Assembly (NCBI GenBank): GCA_028534125.1
Contig: CM052816.1
Location: 49,478,001 to 49,542,000 of the forward strand
Reading direction: 5' to 3'
Length of the DNA: 64,000 nucleotides
From: Lama glama
Taxonomy: Eukaryota
Under the pieces are notes generated by a model. It was given only the letters and a program-made list of their open reading frames with translations, did no database searches and was not told the DNA's origin. Positions 50,881-64,000 of the stretch are shown here, in pieces (position 1 is the first letter of the stretch; every line of letters starts with the position of its first letter). Position numbers and translations under genes: made by a program.

Positions 50881-53463
50881 ATTTATGCCTAATAGAAATT
50901 TAACTGTATCGAATTATTAACTTTTAGGATAAAATGTAGGCATTATAATGTAAAAACAATTAAAACAATTAAAATAGTAACTTTATTATGTGTCCCCTTG
51001 GACATTAATCACTTAATTAATTGTGAGCAGCTACAAGGCAGGCTAGAACAGGAAGGCTGGGATGGGTAGTGTGCTCAGCTTTGGAGGTGGTTCTTGGTTC
51101 TCTGGTTCTCTCAGTGGGATGCAGTGACTGTGATGTCAGGAGTAAAGGGACAGAAGTAGCAGAAAGCACTTTCAAATATATTGTAGCCAGTCCTTAGATG
51201 TTATATGTCATGAAAAGAAACAGAGGTGGGAAAGATTCTGGCCAAACAGCTAAGAAAGAGCAGAGGATGGATACCAGGAAGAAAACAGGAAACAGCAGCT
51301 TACAGCACAAGTGTACAGGTTTACTGTCATGTTACACACAGATTTTAGTCAGTGACTCAGAGAAGGTGCTAGGTGACATGTTCTGTTATTCAGCTGTTTG
51401 TGAAGGAACAGGATGGTGTGGATAGTGACATTCAGGCCAGTCCAAATAGGATCCATAAAAGACAGAGGGGGAACTTACATAACCTTGGCCACAGGCTAAG
51501 GGGGCCCAGGCCATTTCATTAGACGCCTGCCACAGGTACCACTCAGATCCTTCTACATGGCGCTTCTGGGGCTGTGTGGGACACAACCTGTTCAGCAGTC
51601 CACACTGTCCTGAAGATCTTCGTAACTGGAAAATTGCTTCTAGGAAAAGTATCAGTATTTTTCATTTGCTTTTAGAGATGCTGTGGCTCGTACCACAATT
51701 CATGATGGCAGTCGCCCTAAGAAGCACACTGTTCATTGAATGCATTAAATTAATGGATGATTAAATGATCTTGTTCCATTCAAAGGGCCTGAGATGGAGC
51801 ATTAAAGTGGACACTGTGGAGAACTCTATTTTGAAGATATTAACAGAGAAACTGAATGAATTCTGAGGTTTAAGTTTACTTCATTTTTAAGGTTAGGAAA
51901 GACCTGGCGCCTGATGAAAGCTGAAACGAAAAGGTTCATGGTGAGAGAATGATTAAAGGTCCTGAAGGTGATGACTGCAGAAATAAAAGTCTGGCAGGTA
52001 GGGCAAGGGATGAGACCCAGAGTGCAGGCAGGGGAATTCTCTGCAGAAAAGACATCACCTCTACCTCTGAGAAGGCTCATTTAGGAGCTTCTAAACTGCA
52101 CTGTGAGCATCGTGATGGCACAGGTCAAAGCCTAAAGGAGGCATGAGTGAAATATTTTCATCCTGAGTTAAAATACAGGCTGGTCACAGGGTTTCTGCTA
52201 GACAATCTCGGTCTTCGCCACAAATTTTGGGGGTTGGCCACCTTCTACATTGATTGAACTAGTTTCTACTGTTGTCCCCGTGGGTTCAAAATCACCAGCA
52301 AGTTAAATGATGAGATTGCTTAGAATCGAAGACATGTAATAGAAATAGACAACACAAGAAAGGCTTCGGAAAATGACATTTCATTTTTGAGAAATGAAGA
52401 GGATAAATCTATACTAGACCATCTACAGAATACAAAGGTTCCTTTTAAAATTGAAGTACTTCAGATTTCAAGTTAGAAAAAAAAGTGCACAACTATTCAT
52501 GCGCTAATTGAGCTACAGAAAAAAAGAAAAACTTCTAAATGAAACTGGTTAAAGAATAAAGTGGAGTCTATATCGTTAATACTAAATCTCTCAGGAAGTT
52601 ACCAATCAGATTTATAATTCCACTAAATGACTGCTTTTTAAGACAAACATTATACAAATATATTCCCTACACAGTCAAGACTCTTGATAGAGAAAATATT
52701 GTTAAAAAAAAAAGTTTACTCTTGGCCTCTGCAGTTATTTAAATTCAGAATAGAATGGATCTTAACTTCTTGTGTCTTACAGTACTTTGATAATATGATG
52801 AAAACTATGGAATTTGTAGTTAGAAAAAAAAATTACACAAAGCATACACATCTGGATACCAGGTGAAGAAACACTCAGAATTCCTGTCTAGTTTTTTTTC
52901 ATCTTCTTCATATTCTCTCTATCTGCTTTAGACCAATCAGTGCTGAGGAATTAGAGACACTCCTTGTAAGGGTCAGCAAAGATCATCACAGGAGAGCATT
53001 TGCTCTTGCTGATTTTTTTTAAATGGAGAATTTACTTGATTAATGATTGCTTCAAAGAGTCGTAAGTCACAGTGGCCTGCAACTTGATGATTTATAGTTG
53101 TAGTTTCATTCTTTACTACAAGTTTGACAAGCTCTTGTTAAAGTAATGATAATTGTGATTTATATGACTCAATGGAGGCTGACATATTTCAGCAGGGAAG
53201 GATCTGACCATTTTATTTCTGTACTTAGCCCACTGCAGCAAGCAAATACTAAGGCTTACAAGAATAAGAGTATGCTGTATTACATATGACTTGATTTAAC
53301 AAGATTATTTTGAGATTGGCAAGTCTAAAATTTGTCCTGTCATAGTAACTATCTTTTGTAGTTCATGCTGTTGGATTCATTTTTACTTCATGAGTTTGCA
53401 TTTGGCTTTTTCTTACTTCTGATTCCATATGGTTCTGTAAACTTTCCAAACTATTTTATGAGA

Positions 53464-53484
53464 TGTGTGTGTGTGTGTGTGTGT
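53464..53484 (+). repeat. (TG)10 microsatellite
   Basis: Direct read. Confidence 0.9.
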
Positions 53485-53569
53485 ACGCATGCCTATGAGC
53501 AAGATTGATTGGCTTGGAGTCATTATGTCTGGATTCTAGTTCTAGTCTGGGTTCTACCACAAAAAAATG

Positions 53570-53950
53570 TTTTTCTTGTGTTAAGAACTTGTAAGACTTA
53601 CTCTCTTAACATTCTTCTATAACAGACAGCAGTGTTAATTATCATGTTGTTCAGTACGTCCCTAGTACTTACTTATCTTACAGCTGGAAGTTGGTACCTT
53701 TTGACCACCTTCATTCAATATGCTCTCTACCCATCCCCACCTCTGGAAACCACAAATCTGGTCTCCTCTTCTATGAGTTTGTTTGTTTTTGAAGTATATT
53801 GCCCTAAAATATTATGTTAGTTCCTAGTATACAACATAAGTGATTTGATGTTTCTATACAAAATGATCATCACAATTAGTCTAATTACCATCTGTCACCA
53901 TACAAACATATTACATTATTTTGACTCTGTTCCACATGCTGTACATTCAT
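53570..53950 (-). mobile_element. L1MA9-like 3'UTR fragment
   Basis: ctggaagttggtaccttttgaccacc..cctctggaaaccacaaatctg..ttgaagtatattg..taccatctgtcaccatacaaa. Confidence 0.75.
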
Positions 53951-54154
53951 TTGTAGTGAACAAATAGTTCTTCAGGATGAATTTCGACCTATGCTACTAT
54001 TTGTTAGGATTTACATTTTATTTTCTGTATATGCATAGTTAATTTTAAATTATAGAAATTTAACTCAGGAAATGAAATAATTTTCTTATATTATACACCA
54101 TATCCATTGTTAAGAGTTTTTATTGATAAGATTGCATGGATGATACAAACTGGG

Positions 54155-54661
54155 TGTGATAAGCAGAATAGTGGCCTCCCAAAGTTGTTTACATCCTTCC
54201 TAATCCACAGGACCTGTGAATATGTTGCTTTCCCTGGCACTTTGCAGATGTGATTAAGGTTAAGAATCTTGTGATGAGGAGACTCCTGGAATATCCAGGC
54301 AGATTCAGTGTAATCACATGGGCCCTTAAAAATCAAAGAACCTTTCCTAGCTGAGTTCAGAAGAGAGGATGATGTGACGGCAGAATCATCAGAGAGGTGC
54401 AGTGTTGTTTACTTTGAAGATAGAGGAAGGGGGGCCAAGAGCCACAATACATGGGCAGCTTGTAGAAATTGGAAAAGGCATCAAACAGATTCTTCCCTTC
54501 AGCTTCCAGAAGGGAATGCAACTCAGCTGACACTTTGATTTTGATCCAGCAAGAACTGTGTTGAATTTCTAACTTACAGAACTGTAAGATAATGAATTTG
54601 TGTTGCTTTGAGCCCCTAAGTTTGTGGTAGTTTGTTAGCATATTAGCAGAAAGCTAGTATA
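54155..54661 (+). mobile_element. MLT1D solo LTR, complete, with 5-bp TSD
   Basis: TG start tgtgataagcagaatagtggcctcccaaag; perfect TSD ctggg at 54150-54154 and 54662-54666. Confidence 0.92.
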
Positions 54662-55234
54662 CTGGGAAATGGTAAATTCAGATCAAAAGTGTACATTTTT
54701 TTGTGTGTGTTATAACCAAATTTTCAATATGCTATGATATACAAAATGTTACAAATGCACAGGTTAATAATGATTACAGACAAAATATAAATGCTTTGGG
54801 CTTATGGTAATTAATTTATCATGTGATTTTTTTTTTTACCTCCTATACATCCTGAGATATGATGGAAATAAAGGTATACATACAAAGATCACATGAAAAT
54901 AAAAAGGCAGTAACTAACTCTTCTAGAATAATGAACTTTGTACATGTAAATACATTTAATAAATTGAGACTATTTAGAAGAGCAGGAAATAATAGTTATA
55001 GTCAGAAAAAGGACAGAACTCCATTTAAATATAGTTAAATTTATACTGGGAGAATAAAGGGTAGGTTCAAAAGATAGATAAAATATTTTCTACTGTAGAG
55101 AAAAGATTACTTTAGGGAGATACAATTATCGGACCACCCTTAATGATAATATAAAGTTTTATAGGGATATATACAGAATAGGAATCTCAAGGAAACAACA
55201 TCTTTGAAGAGAATTATACTTGCACTAAATGGCC

Positions 55235-55279
<45 letters not shown>

Positions 55280-55312
55280 CACACACATATATACACACAC
55301 ATACATATATAT
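55235..55312 (+). repeat. Compound (AT)n(AG)n(AC)n microsatellite
   Basis: Direct read. Confidence 0.95.
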
Positions 55313-55899
55313 GAAAAAATATACATTCAACTAATAATGCTTATTATTTAAAAAATATATCAGATAATGCCAGGAGTCCTAATAGAGGAGAAAGCAGTTC
55401 CCTGCCACCCAGCCCTATCCTGCCGCTCTAGGCATCACCACTTTCAGCTGCTTTAGCTCCTTCTTGTCATGTTAGCCTACATGCTTTTAAAAAATATATG
55501 TCTACCACCACCTCTTAGTTCAGTGACTTTGGACATTGGAGTCTTACCATATGTGGTCAAGATTATACCTGTCTTTCTACCTATTAACTGTTAGTGGCAG
55601 TTAGAGGCAGACCCTCCCTACCTCCCCTGCAGCTTAGTAACAGAATATTCTGAACTAAGTTGTCCCCTCATCATTTAGTTTCTCAGCACAGCTGATAGAT
55701 CTTCCAGGCATTTGAAAAGTATTTTGTGTGCTGGTTGTGGTTCCCCACTTCACCAGCAGATGAGCATGCTATACTGACCAGTAGGCAGCTTGCAACTGAG
55801 GCTCTATGCGGTTTCTAGCGAGAGTGTAGTCACGGGTGAATAAGCAGCCAAAGAGCTGAGCCCAGTGGGACCCCAATCCTAAAAGACTAAGAATCAGTA

Positions 55900-56100
55900 T
55901 TCAGTGAGACAAGAGAGGGACCAGAGATGGTAGCAGGCATGAGAGGAGAGTGGTTTCAAGGAGAGAAAGGTCAGTTAGTTTCCATTTGAGTGAAAGGCAG
56001 GGATGTAACTATTGCTTTCACAACTTGGAGACCATATACGACCTCAGCAAGAGCAGCTACCTCAGAGTCCTGTGGCCAGTGGCTCCAGTGGAGTGAGTTA
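55900..56100 (-). mobile_element. L2 fragment
   Basis: gagagtggtttcaaggagag..cttggagaccatatacgacctcagcaagagcag. Confidence 0.55.
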
Positions 56101-57824
56101 GAGAGGGCAGGCATCACGTGGTGGTGACAGGTTTCCTTTAGGTGCCTTGATGTATAACATCAACCTAAACTTTCCTTTTGTTTCAAATTTAGATGACATA
56201 AAAACTTATGTTATTAGTTTTATCAGATTAAAGCACATTTAGTTTCTCCAAAAAAGAAATACTTTGTGCTTTTCAGATACAGATTTGGTTTCATTTTCAT
56301 TTCAAAATATGTATTTAATGCTCATTGAGTATGTGTCACTCTCCTAGATCCTCTGGGAAATACAGACTAGAACATACTTACTTTGGAATATAAATTTTAT
56401 CCATGAAAATTACTAAAATACCTAACTAAACATTGATACACAGTAATAAGGTGCCTACTTAGCTAGTATGAACTTTAATGCCTGGATCTCCAAGTATATA
56501 GAAAGGAAGATGCCTTGGGGCAAAGAAGGAGGGAAGGCATTCAATATCCTTTCTGTGACTACCTCATTCTTGCTAGAGTTGGAAGAAAGAAAGTACCTGA
56601 CAGGCATAAATTGCCTACTGTGTGTCACATACAAATTTTGTTGCTTTCTGTGCAGTATAAATATATCGTTACAACAAATCGAGGTAGTAACTCTAATTAT
56701 CGAATTTCACAAACGAAGAGACTAAGACTAGAAGAGGTTTGCTTTACGTCTTTCTTACCTTCAATAAATGTGGCCCAGGTAGAAAGTTACTAAAACTTAA
56801 CTTGAAAGTAAAGATACACTAACTTCTGTTAGATGTCTGTGACAAGTCTTCCTTCCCTACGTGATTGCTGACATCCTGAGTCTTTGTTCACACAGAGACC
56901 AAGTCTTTGGGCATTCAGAATGTTTCTATAACAATGTAGTAAGTAGTGTTTGCATAGCAGTTAGGAATAATAAACAATGAAAGTGAATGTTTGCCTTATT
57001 GTGTTGTAAGTGATTTAGTAAAATTTGTAGTTGTGTCTTTTAAGAGTAATATATTTAAATTAAATAGGCACATCCTTAATTACTACTCGAATTGCTATTT
57101 TTAAAATGAAGCAATGAACTCTGACTGTAGCTTTCAGAAATTAGTCATTAAATTACGGAAAAGTTAGTAGGTCTGCTCTTTTTCCACTTAACATCTAAAA
57201 ATTTTGTTGAATATTCAAAAGAATATTTAAAGTCTTAACAATTTAATTTAGTTAATCTTTATGTTAGGTATGCTTTAATGTCCCACTGTTATAATGACAG
57301 GCTTTCCTGTTGCTTCAGTAATAATTGCTAAATTTGTAATTATGCATAAATACCATTGTTTGAATTACTTTAGACAATTTCCTTTTGTAGTTCATATTCT
57401 TAGAGCATGAATGTGATCTAACATCATTTTAGGGTGGGGTAACATCTTTCCCTCAAATGACATGCAAATTAAATATACATATTAAAACAGACACACCTAC
57501 ATATTCACACTTACGGGGTTGTTATTTTTTTAAAGTTATATATACAGTGATATTTTCCTTTAATTTCCTTTATGCTATTGTGTGACATCAGAAGAGAAAA
57601 AAATACTAAAATTTTCCATTTTCTTGTGACTGTTGTGTCTTCTACTTTTTTCTTTTCCGATTACTATTGTATTGAATTCCCTGCACAACATCTGTGGGAA
57701 CTAGATAAATGCTTCAGATAAACTTACACTTTATTGAAAAGTGTAAGGATAAAAATGCATTACCCAGTAATGTACATTGTGTTCAATTTACTGCCACACT
57801 TCAATTTTGTCAGTGCTTCTGTGA

Positions 57825-58035
57825 AGTGATGTGAGGCCTTGAATATAGGACTTCTGTGGTCTAGATCCTAGAATCTGCATGTATGGCAGTGTAACCTGTT
57901 CAGGTTATTAGCCTCCGAGTTCTGTAAGACGAGGATGATAATGGTGCATAATTCATTGTTGGGGTTTAGGGAGGTAATACACATAATGTGTTACCACAGT
58001 ATTTGACACATAGTAAGTACTTTGTAAAGATTAAT
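57825..58035 (+). mobile_element. MIR SINE
   Basis: ctgtaagacgaggatgataatggt..cacagtatttgacacatagtaagtact. Confidence 0.65.
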
Positions 58036-58904
58036 CAATAAATGTTGGCTAATGTATTTCCTAACTGGGAAATCCATTTGGCTTTTTAAAATGCTTTCAA
58101 ATAATATGAATGCTTTCAGATAATATAAATGGTTTGAAGGGTTTTTTTTTTAATAGGAATCCCTTAAATTGGTATAGTACTTGAATGAGATGTACATGTA
58201 TTATGCATGTGTACATCTGCCAGAAGACTTAACTCTGGTGATAAATTAGTTTCAAAACATTTTATTTCTTACAAATATTTGTGTTGTATATATGACTAGT
58301 GGAAATTTCTCAGAGCATTTCCATTTGATGATGGCTCACTTTATGGTCATTATGGCACATCTGATTTTTAAAAGGAATGTATTACTTTGCAGTGTGTAAT
58401 TTTGACTTAAATTTTATCTGCTGCCATACTTCATGTATTTCATATAAACACTTGCAGATGGGCTACACAACATTCTTCTGTTTCCATCAGATCCAAAAGA
58501 AGATGTATTTTTATGTCTGTATAAGTATATTAAGATTTTGTTGTGAAATACACATGGAAAGGAATGAATTATTTCAAAAAGAAAAATTCATGTAACTGTC
58601 ACTTGGTCTAAAAATCTCTAGCCCAGATACATTGTCTCTGGTGCCCCGTTTCTAACCACATCTCTCTATCCCTTGTCCTTCCTGATTGGCAAAGGAAACA
58701 TTATCTTCATCTGTATGGTAATCACTTTCTTGATTGCTTTACCACATTACATCCTGAAAATGTATCCCCAAAGGCTATAGATCTGCTAGTTTTAAAATTT
58801 TGCCTTTACGTAAAGATTTTGCACATGTGGATTGAACTTGACATGGTTCATTTTCCCCATACGTGGCTATGCTTGAAAACAAGTATTAGCTGAGCCGCTT
58901 GCAA

Positions 58905-59125
58905 ATGAAAGCACAGGGACTAGGAGTATAGACACTCCAGCTGGAGGACCTGGGTCCACATGCTGGTTTTGCTTCAGGAGCCTTCAGTGGGTTGTTCAAC
59001 TCCTCTGTACCTTACCTTCCTCGACTGTAAAATTGGGAAATGATCATGTTAGCTCATAGGGTTGTTAGAAAAAATTTTAGTAAACTTAATGGACTTGGTA
59101 AAGTGCTAAGTAAATATAAAAACAG
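58905..59125 (+). mobile_element. MIR SINE
   Basis: gacctgggtcc..ctctgtaccttaccttcctcgactgtaaaattgggaaatgat..ctcatagggttgtt..gtaaagtgct. Confidence 0.75.
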
Positions 59126-59711
59126 TTATAGTTATGTTAGCAATAACTCTTGGTTTACTCCGTGTACACATGCGTTTCTAGTACCTGATATAGGCATCAG
59201 TTTGTGAAATCACTAAGAGTATATAGTCTGAGAGGCAAATGTAATGGTAGGGTATTTTCAAAAATATTTTAAAATAGAGAGGATGCAATTGTTGCATCCT
59301 GTTTTTCCCCCCTTTAAATCTTCAGCCATTAATGGTAAACACAGATAGCCACTGTTCCGCCATGGAGTCTGTATCATTGCTGTTGGCTTGACAATATGCT
59401 GTGCAAATCTGTGCCATGCTCTTGTCCTCTTTCTTCTACACACAGCTGAGCAAGCAAACAAAAAAATCATTAATAAAGAGTGAATGCTTTCCTGGCACCA
59501 GAACACTATATCCTATTCAGCATGAGATGGATTCTGAAACTCTGAGTGCCTTTTAATATTTTATGCTGAAAACAAGGTCTAAATTTTGAATATTAGAATT
59601 TTGAAGATTTTTTTTCCTTAAATAATGCGATCAGTACATTGATCATCACAATCATTGTTGTTAAACAGGTATGGGGGAGAGCATGGTGTAGCAGAAAGAT
59701 GTCAAGCCTGA

Positions 59712-60093
59712 CGTGTGAGTTTGCTAGAGCTGCTGTAACAAAGTACCACAGATGGGATGGCTTGAACAACAGAAATTTATTTTTTCACTATTCTGGAAAT
59801 CTGAGATCAAGGTGTCAGCTGGGATGGCTTCTTTTGAGGCCTTGTGCCTTTGCTAGTAGATGGCTGTCTTCTCTCTGTATCTTCATATGGTCCTCCCTGT
59901 GCAGATTTATCTCTGTGTCCACATTTTCTCTTCTTACAAGGATACCAGTCAAACTGGATTAAGACTCATTTTAATGACCTCATCTTAGCTTATTTTCTCC
60001 TCTTTAGGGACCCTGTCTCCAAATACAGTCACATTCTGAGGTACTGGGCATTAGGACTTAGGAATCTGGAGGGACACAATTGAGATCAAAATA
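59712..60093 (-). mobile_element. MLT1A/B-like MaLR solo LTR, complete
   Basis: agtttgctagagctgctgtaacaaagtaccacaga..ccctgtctccaaatacagtcacattctgaggtactggg..gggacacaatt; TSD cctga / cctgc. Confidence 0.9.
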
Positions 60094-60454
60094 CCTGCAC
60101 ATCAGGATACAAAGTTTCTGATTCTGTTTTTCTATAACAATAGGGATTTAATAAGATGTTTAACTGGTCTAGTCTGTGTAAATTTTCTTTCAGCTGTGAT
60201 GTACAAAGATATAAGTCAAAATTTATATAAATATAAATATACAAGACAATAGCATGCATGGAATCATTTATTAAATTTATCACTTCTGTGAAGAGTGGAA
60301 ATTCCTTGTTGAAAGTAATTTTAGTTACATAATGAATCCATGAACACAGTTCTTTAAAACAAAAATTAGGTGATTGTGCAAAGCAATTTTCTCTTCAGTG
60401 ACTTCCCCCAATCCCTGTTTCTTCTCTGTTAAAAGTTGAATTTGTGCTCTAGAA

Positions 60455-60663
60455 GAGCACTGCCCAATAGAACTTTCTGTGATGATGGAAATGTTGTATC
60501 TGTTGAATATAACAAGGTAGCAATTCAACAGTCCCGTGCTAATTGAGTTTTTAAAATGTGCTTAGTGTGACTGGAGAACTGAGTTTGATGTGTAGTTTTA
60601 TTTTTAACTGTAATTAAATTCATATAGCTATTATAACTGGTGCTACCACATTGAACAGTAAAG
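60455..60663 (+). mobile_element. MER3 hAT-Charlie MITE, complete
   Basis: gcactgcccaatagaactttctgtgatgatggaaatgtt..tgctaccacattgaacag; TSDs ctctagaa / ttctagta fit the NTCTAGAN target preference. Confidence 0.85.
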
Positions 60664-61634
60664 TTCTAGTATGTTTTCTAAGATATTAAAAAAAAATCCA
60701 AGCAAACTAATGGTATATTTGTTTTTATGTGTTGGGGGAGGAGTATAAAATATAATTAAATTTTTTTCTACATTTTGTACTATACTTTCTTTCAGTTACT
60801 ATCTTCAATGTGCCTGGGCTATGTGTTTATGTGTATACATGGTAATGAATGTTTTAACTTCTTGGTTGATTGTCACTTACCTTTCAATCATTGTATCGAT
60901 TTTTATCTAAAATTCCATTTTTCAATATTTATAGCTTTAAAGTAAGTATATTATATATATATTTATATGTATATAAAACACTATTATATTATTTTCTGTC
61001 TTTCAGGGTTGTTTTGCTTTCTGCCCTTTTCAGAAGTTATATGTACAGATGATTTCCAAAGTTCAATCTAACCTCTGCCTTAAAAAAATGAAGTGATTCC
61101 TTTGTTCAATATTCTTTAACTATATTTGAGCAAACCAGTTGTGTGTACCTATGTGTGTGTGTGTGTTTGTGTGTGTACATAGAGCTAAGATATAATTAAA
61201 TGTCTCTCTCATTTGTCTAACATTCTGATAGATATAATGAAAATCAATTTAGTAAGGAGAAACAGTAACTCCTAATTGATTTAGCTAAATATAAAGCTGT
61301 GAGCTCTTTTCTCTCTTTAGTTCTCGTCAGTTCTACAAGCAGTTACCAAGTAACTTGTATGGTTATAAATGTCACATAGCCTCACTGTTGGACAGATACT
61401 ACCTTGCATTTTTGTGGGGTACCGTATATTGAATTTTAAATTGGGTTATCAGGCAGATTATAATATGAGCAAGCTATCCCGGTTATAATGTTCTCTTGTG
61501 GAGAATATTTTAGTTTAAGTGTTGTAGTCAGAGGAGAGCTAAAATAGCAAGTTTTCAGTGAGCAGTCTGTTCAAGGATTGAAACTGAGCTACTTGAAATA
61601 GCATAGATATTCAGTATCTTAAGTATTAGAGATG

Positions 61635-62044
61635 CTGTATATCCAGATGGAACTCTGAATTGGGTACGTGTATGCAGGAAGAACACTTGAAGGGAGTGAG
61701 GGAAACAGGGACAGGCAGACAGAGTGGTTGACCATGATGAAGTTGTAAAAGAGGTCTTGGGTGACACCGTGGGCAGCTCTGAAGCTGGGACGGCCCTTCC
61801 AAGTAATCTGGTGTTGCAGCCAGGGTCTATCTGCACTTCTGTACCCCAGCGTCAGCCGATCACTGGATGTGTGCTGTCCCCAGGGAGGGCATGCTGTCTC
61901 CAGTGCAGCTGCTCCCTTGTCCAGGACAGTTACTGAGAAGGAACTAACGTTTGAGCTTATAGGAGCCAATATTCTCAACTGCGGAAAAATGAATGCTTTG
62001 TTCCTGATGGGGGACCTAATGGGTCCACTAGTGTATCTTCTACA
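61635..62044 (-). mobile_element. LTR33-like ERVL solo LTR
   Basis: gcagctctgaagctgggacggcccttc..tgtacccc..cactggatgtgtgctgtcccc; minus strand starts TGTAG. Confidence 0.75.
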
Positions 62045-63084
62045 ATATGTTACTTAGAAGGCAGAAAAAGTTTGTTTTTAATTATTTTTTGTTAGTCACT
62101 GGGGTGTTAAAATGACATCCCTTATGATGGATAGTCAGGATGTGTCTGGCAGAGTATAGAATTCATGTATTAAGGTTTTCATTTTCCTCAGTATAATTCA
62201 GTGCTTAAGTAGTTTCTTAACTTGCAAGTTGGAAGTGTCTGAAATGATTGCTAATAACTTTAGAAAAGCTATTTGTTTCTCAGAAAGAAATAACATCAGA
62301 AAGAATAACCTAGAGAGGTAGAAGGATGGAAAGATAAAAGGGAGTGAATGCTACCAAGAGAAAAGTATGCTAAGAATCAGAGTGGTCACAGCTATGTTAG
62401 TTGCCGACAGGAAGTCAGGTAAGGAATGAACTGAGGAACACCCACTAGATTCACAGCCAAGTGGTCCTGGGGTCTTTCAGGGGCGATAAACTGCAAACGG
62501 ACAACGGCTTACAAGGAGTGAAGAGGTGATCGAATGAATCACAGGGAAGGAAGTGTATTTGACAATCTGAGTGTGTGTTGGTGCTGATCAGAATTAGCTT
62601 ACGAAGAGCAGACTGAAAGAACTTAGAACTAGAGTCTAGCATCTCTCACCAGTGAGAAGGTGGGAAAAATATGTTCTAGAAATAAGACGTAGTATAGAAA
62701 ATTCAAGCAGCAATTTGTCTTCCTGACTAAACTCTTTTGTTAATTGAAAGGAAGAAAAATTTAATGAAATGCTCTGTTATTGCTAATGGCTAAGTTTAAG
62801 TAAATTTATTTAGATAAAGGAACAGAAGTATGTAACATTAAAACCAAAAGCCAACCTTACATTGTAGGACTTTATTTATTTACTTGTTTGTTTGCTTGTC
62901 TTTATGTGCCCTGGTCCCTTTAGAGATCTAGAGGATGTAAACTGTTGAATGTAGCAGTTTGCCTAGAAAAAAACAAAAATATTATTAAAAAGTGGCATTC
63001 CAGGTTGGTGGCAGGGATGTTTCAGTCACAGTGGCCAAGCCTTGATCTGCATTTCTTAACTCTATACATTTCAAATTTATTGGT

Positions 63085-63560
63085 CCGTTCAGTCATTCGA
63101 CTTTCATTTTGAAATTAGATAATATTCTAGACCATCTATTATATGTAGACTGGTTCTGAGTAATGAATATAGCAGAAAAAATTCCTACCTTTGTGAGGAT
63201 TCATTCTAGTGGAAAATAAAGACAGTAAATAAAATATTTAAGTAAAATTAGTAGTATGATAGATAAGTATTATAAAGGAAATGCCCAGATTTGGGGACAA
63301 GGAACATAAACATTAAGTTTAGTAGTCATGGGAGGCCTTTGGGAAGGTAATATATGAGTAAAGACCTAAATAAGGTAAGCATACAAGGCCATCTCACGTT
63401 GGGAGAAAGAGCATTCCAAGCAGAGGGAAGTGTTTTAGAGGCAAAAATTCAGAGGTAAATGTATGGCTGAAATATTTGAGAAACAGCAAGGAGGACTTGG
63501 ACTGTAGCAAAGATGCTGGGAAGTCATTGGACTGTGGTTGAAATTTAGTTGGTAGGTGTA
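63085..63560 (-). mobile_element. L2 LINE 3' portion
   Basis: ttcagtcattc..ttcattctagtgg..gggaggcc..gagtaaagacctaaat..gggagaaagagcattccaagcagaggga..gagaaacagcaaggagg. Confidence 0.8.
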
Positions 63561-63564
63561 CTCA

Positions 63565-64000
63565 TGTGATTTATAGTCAGAAGTATATATTTGACATTTG
63601 TCCTATTTCTGGTATAGACCTAGGAATTTCCTATGATAAGAGCAATGAAAATATTTTTTTTTCTGTTATTGGGGTGACTTTTGGCAAACCTTATGTAACC
63701 AAAATATGGAGGCTGATTGCCATGGGAACCAACCACCTGATTAGAGGGTTAGAGCTTTCACGTACCCCACTTCCAAGAGGGGAGGGTGCTGGAGGTTGAA
63801 TCAGTTGCCAGTGGCCAATGATTTAATCAATGCCTGTCTATGTAATCAAGCCTTTATTAAAACCCAAAAGTTCGAAGAGGTTCTGAGTTGGTGAACATGT
63901 GGAAATTTAGGTGAGAGTGGTACACTCTGTGAGATCATGGAAGCTCCACCCTTTTCCCCATACCTTGCCTTATGCATCTCTTCCATCTGGCTTTTCTGAG
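63565..64000 (+). mobile_element. MER21-like LTR (cut by window edge)
   Basis: tgtgatttatagtcagaagtatatatttg..ggccaatgatttaatcaat..catggaagctcc..cccataccttgccttatgcatctcttccatctggc. Confidence 0.8.

Noticed and set aside
59280..59300. 9-bp perfect hairpin aggatgcaa-ttg-ttgcatcct, terminator-like
   Set aside because: Intrinsic terminators do not apply in mammalian DNA, and the frequency is compatible with chance
59350..59420. Resemblance to miR-19 (gctgtgcaaatctgtgc)
   Set aside because: The mature 3' part (AAAACTGA) is absent, the arms do not form a pre-miRNA hairpin and there is no miR-17-92-type cluster; probably chance
61555..62057. Four overlapping ORFs up to 119 aa
   Set aside because: Lie in a GC-richer LTR33-like LTR

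Overview
AT-rich, CpG-depleted mammalian (eutherian) genomic DNA, either a very long intron or intergenic sequence. The youngest L1 3' ends look like the cetartiodactyl/camelid type, and I see no Alu, Bov-A2/Bov-tA/BovB, PRE1, SINEC or ERE elements, so a camelid is a tentative guess. I recognise no protein-coding gene: the supplied ORFs are decayed L1 ORF2 fragments, lie inside LTRs, or are short AT-rich noise. Much of the window is transposon fossils: a 5'-intact but internally deleted ~5.9 kb L1 with TSDs, several truncated L1s, solo LTRs (MLT1, LTR16, LTR33, MER34-like, MER21-like), hAT/Tigger elements (MER3, MER33/Charlie5, MER58A, MER45A, MER5, MER2), MIR and L2. The best leads are a MER121-like ancient element next to a 39-nt cassette-like exon (48.5-50.4 kb), a CpG-retaining unique block with several exon-like segments and an Ets/IRF motif (32-36.7 kb), a recursive-splice-like AG|GTAGGT site, and a possible L1 3' transduction. 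I found no convincing novel multi-gene system. Repeat family names are from recalled consensus sequences and were not searched; most boundaries are approximate.
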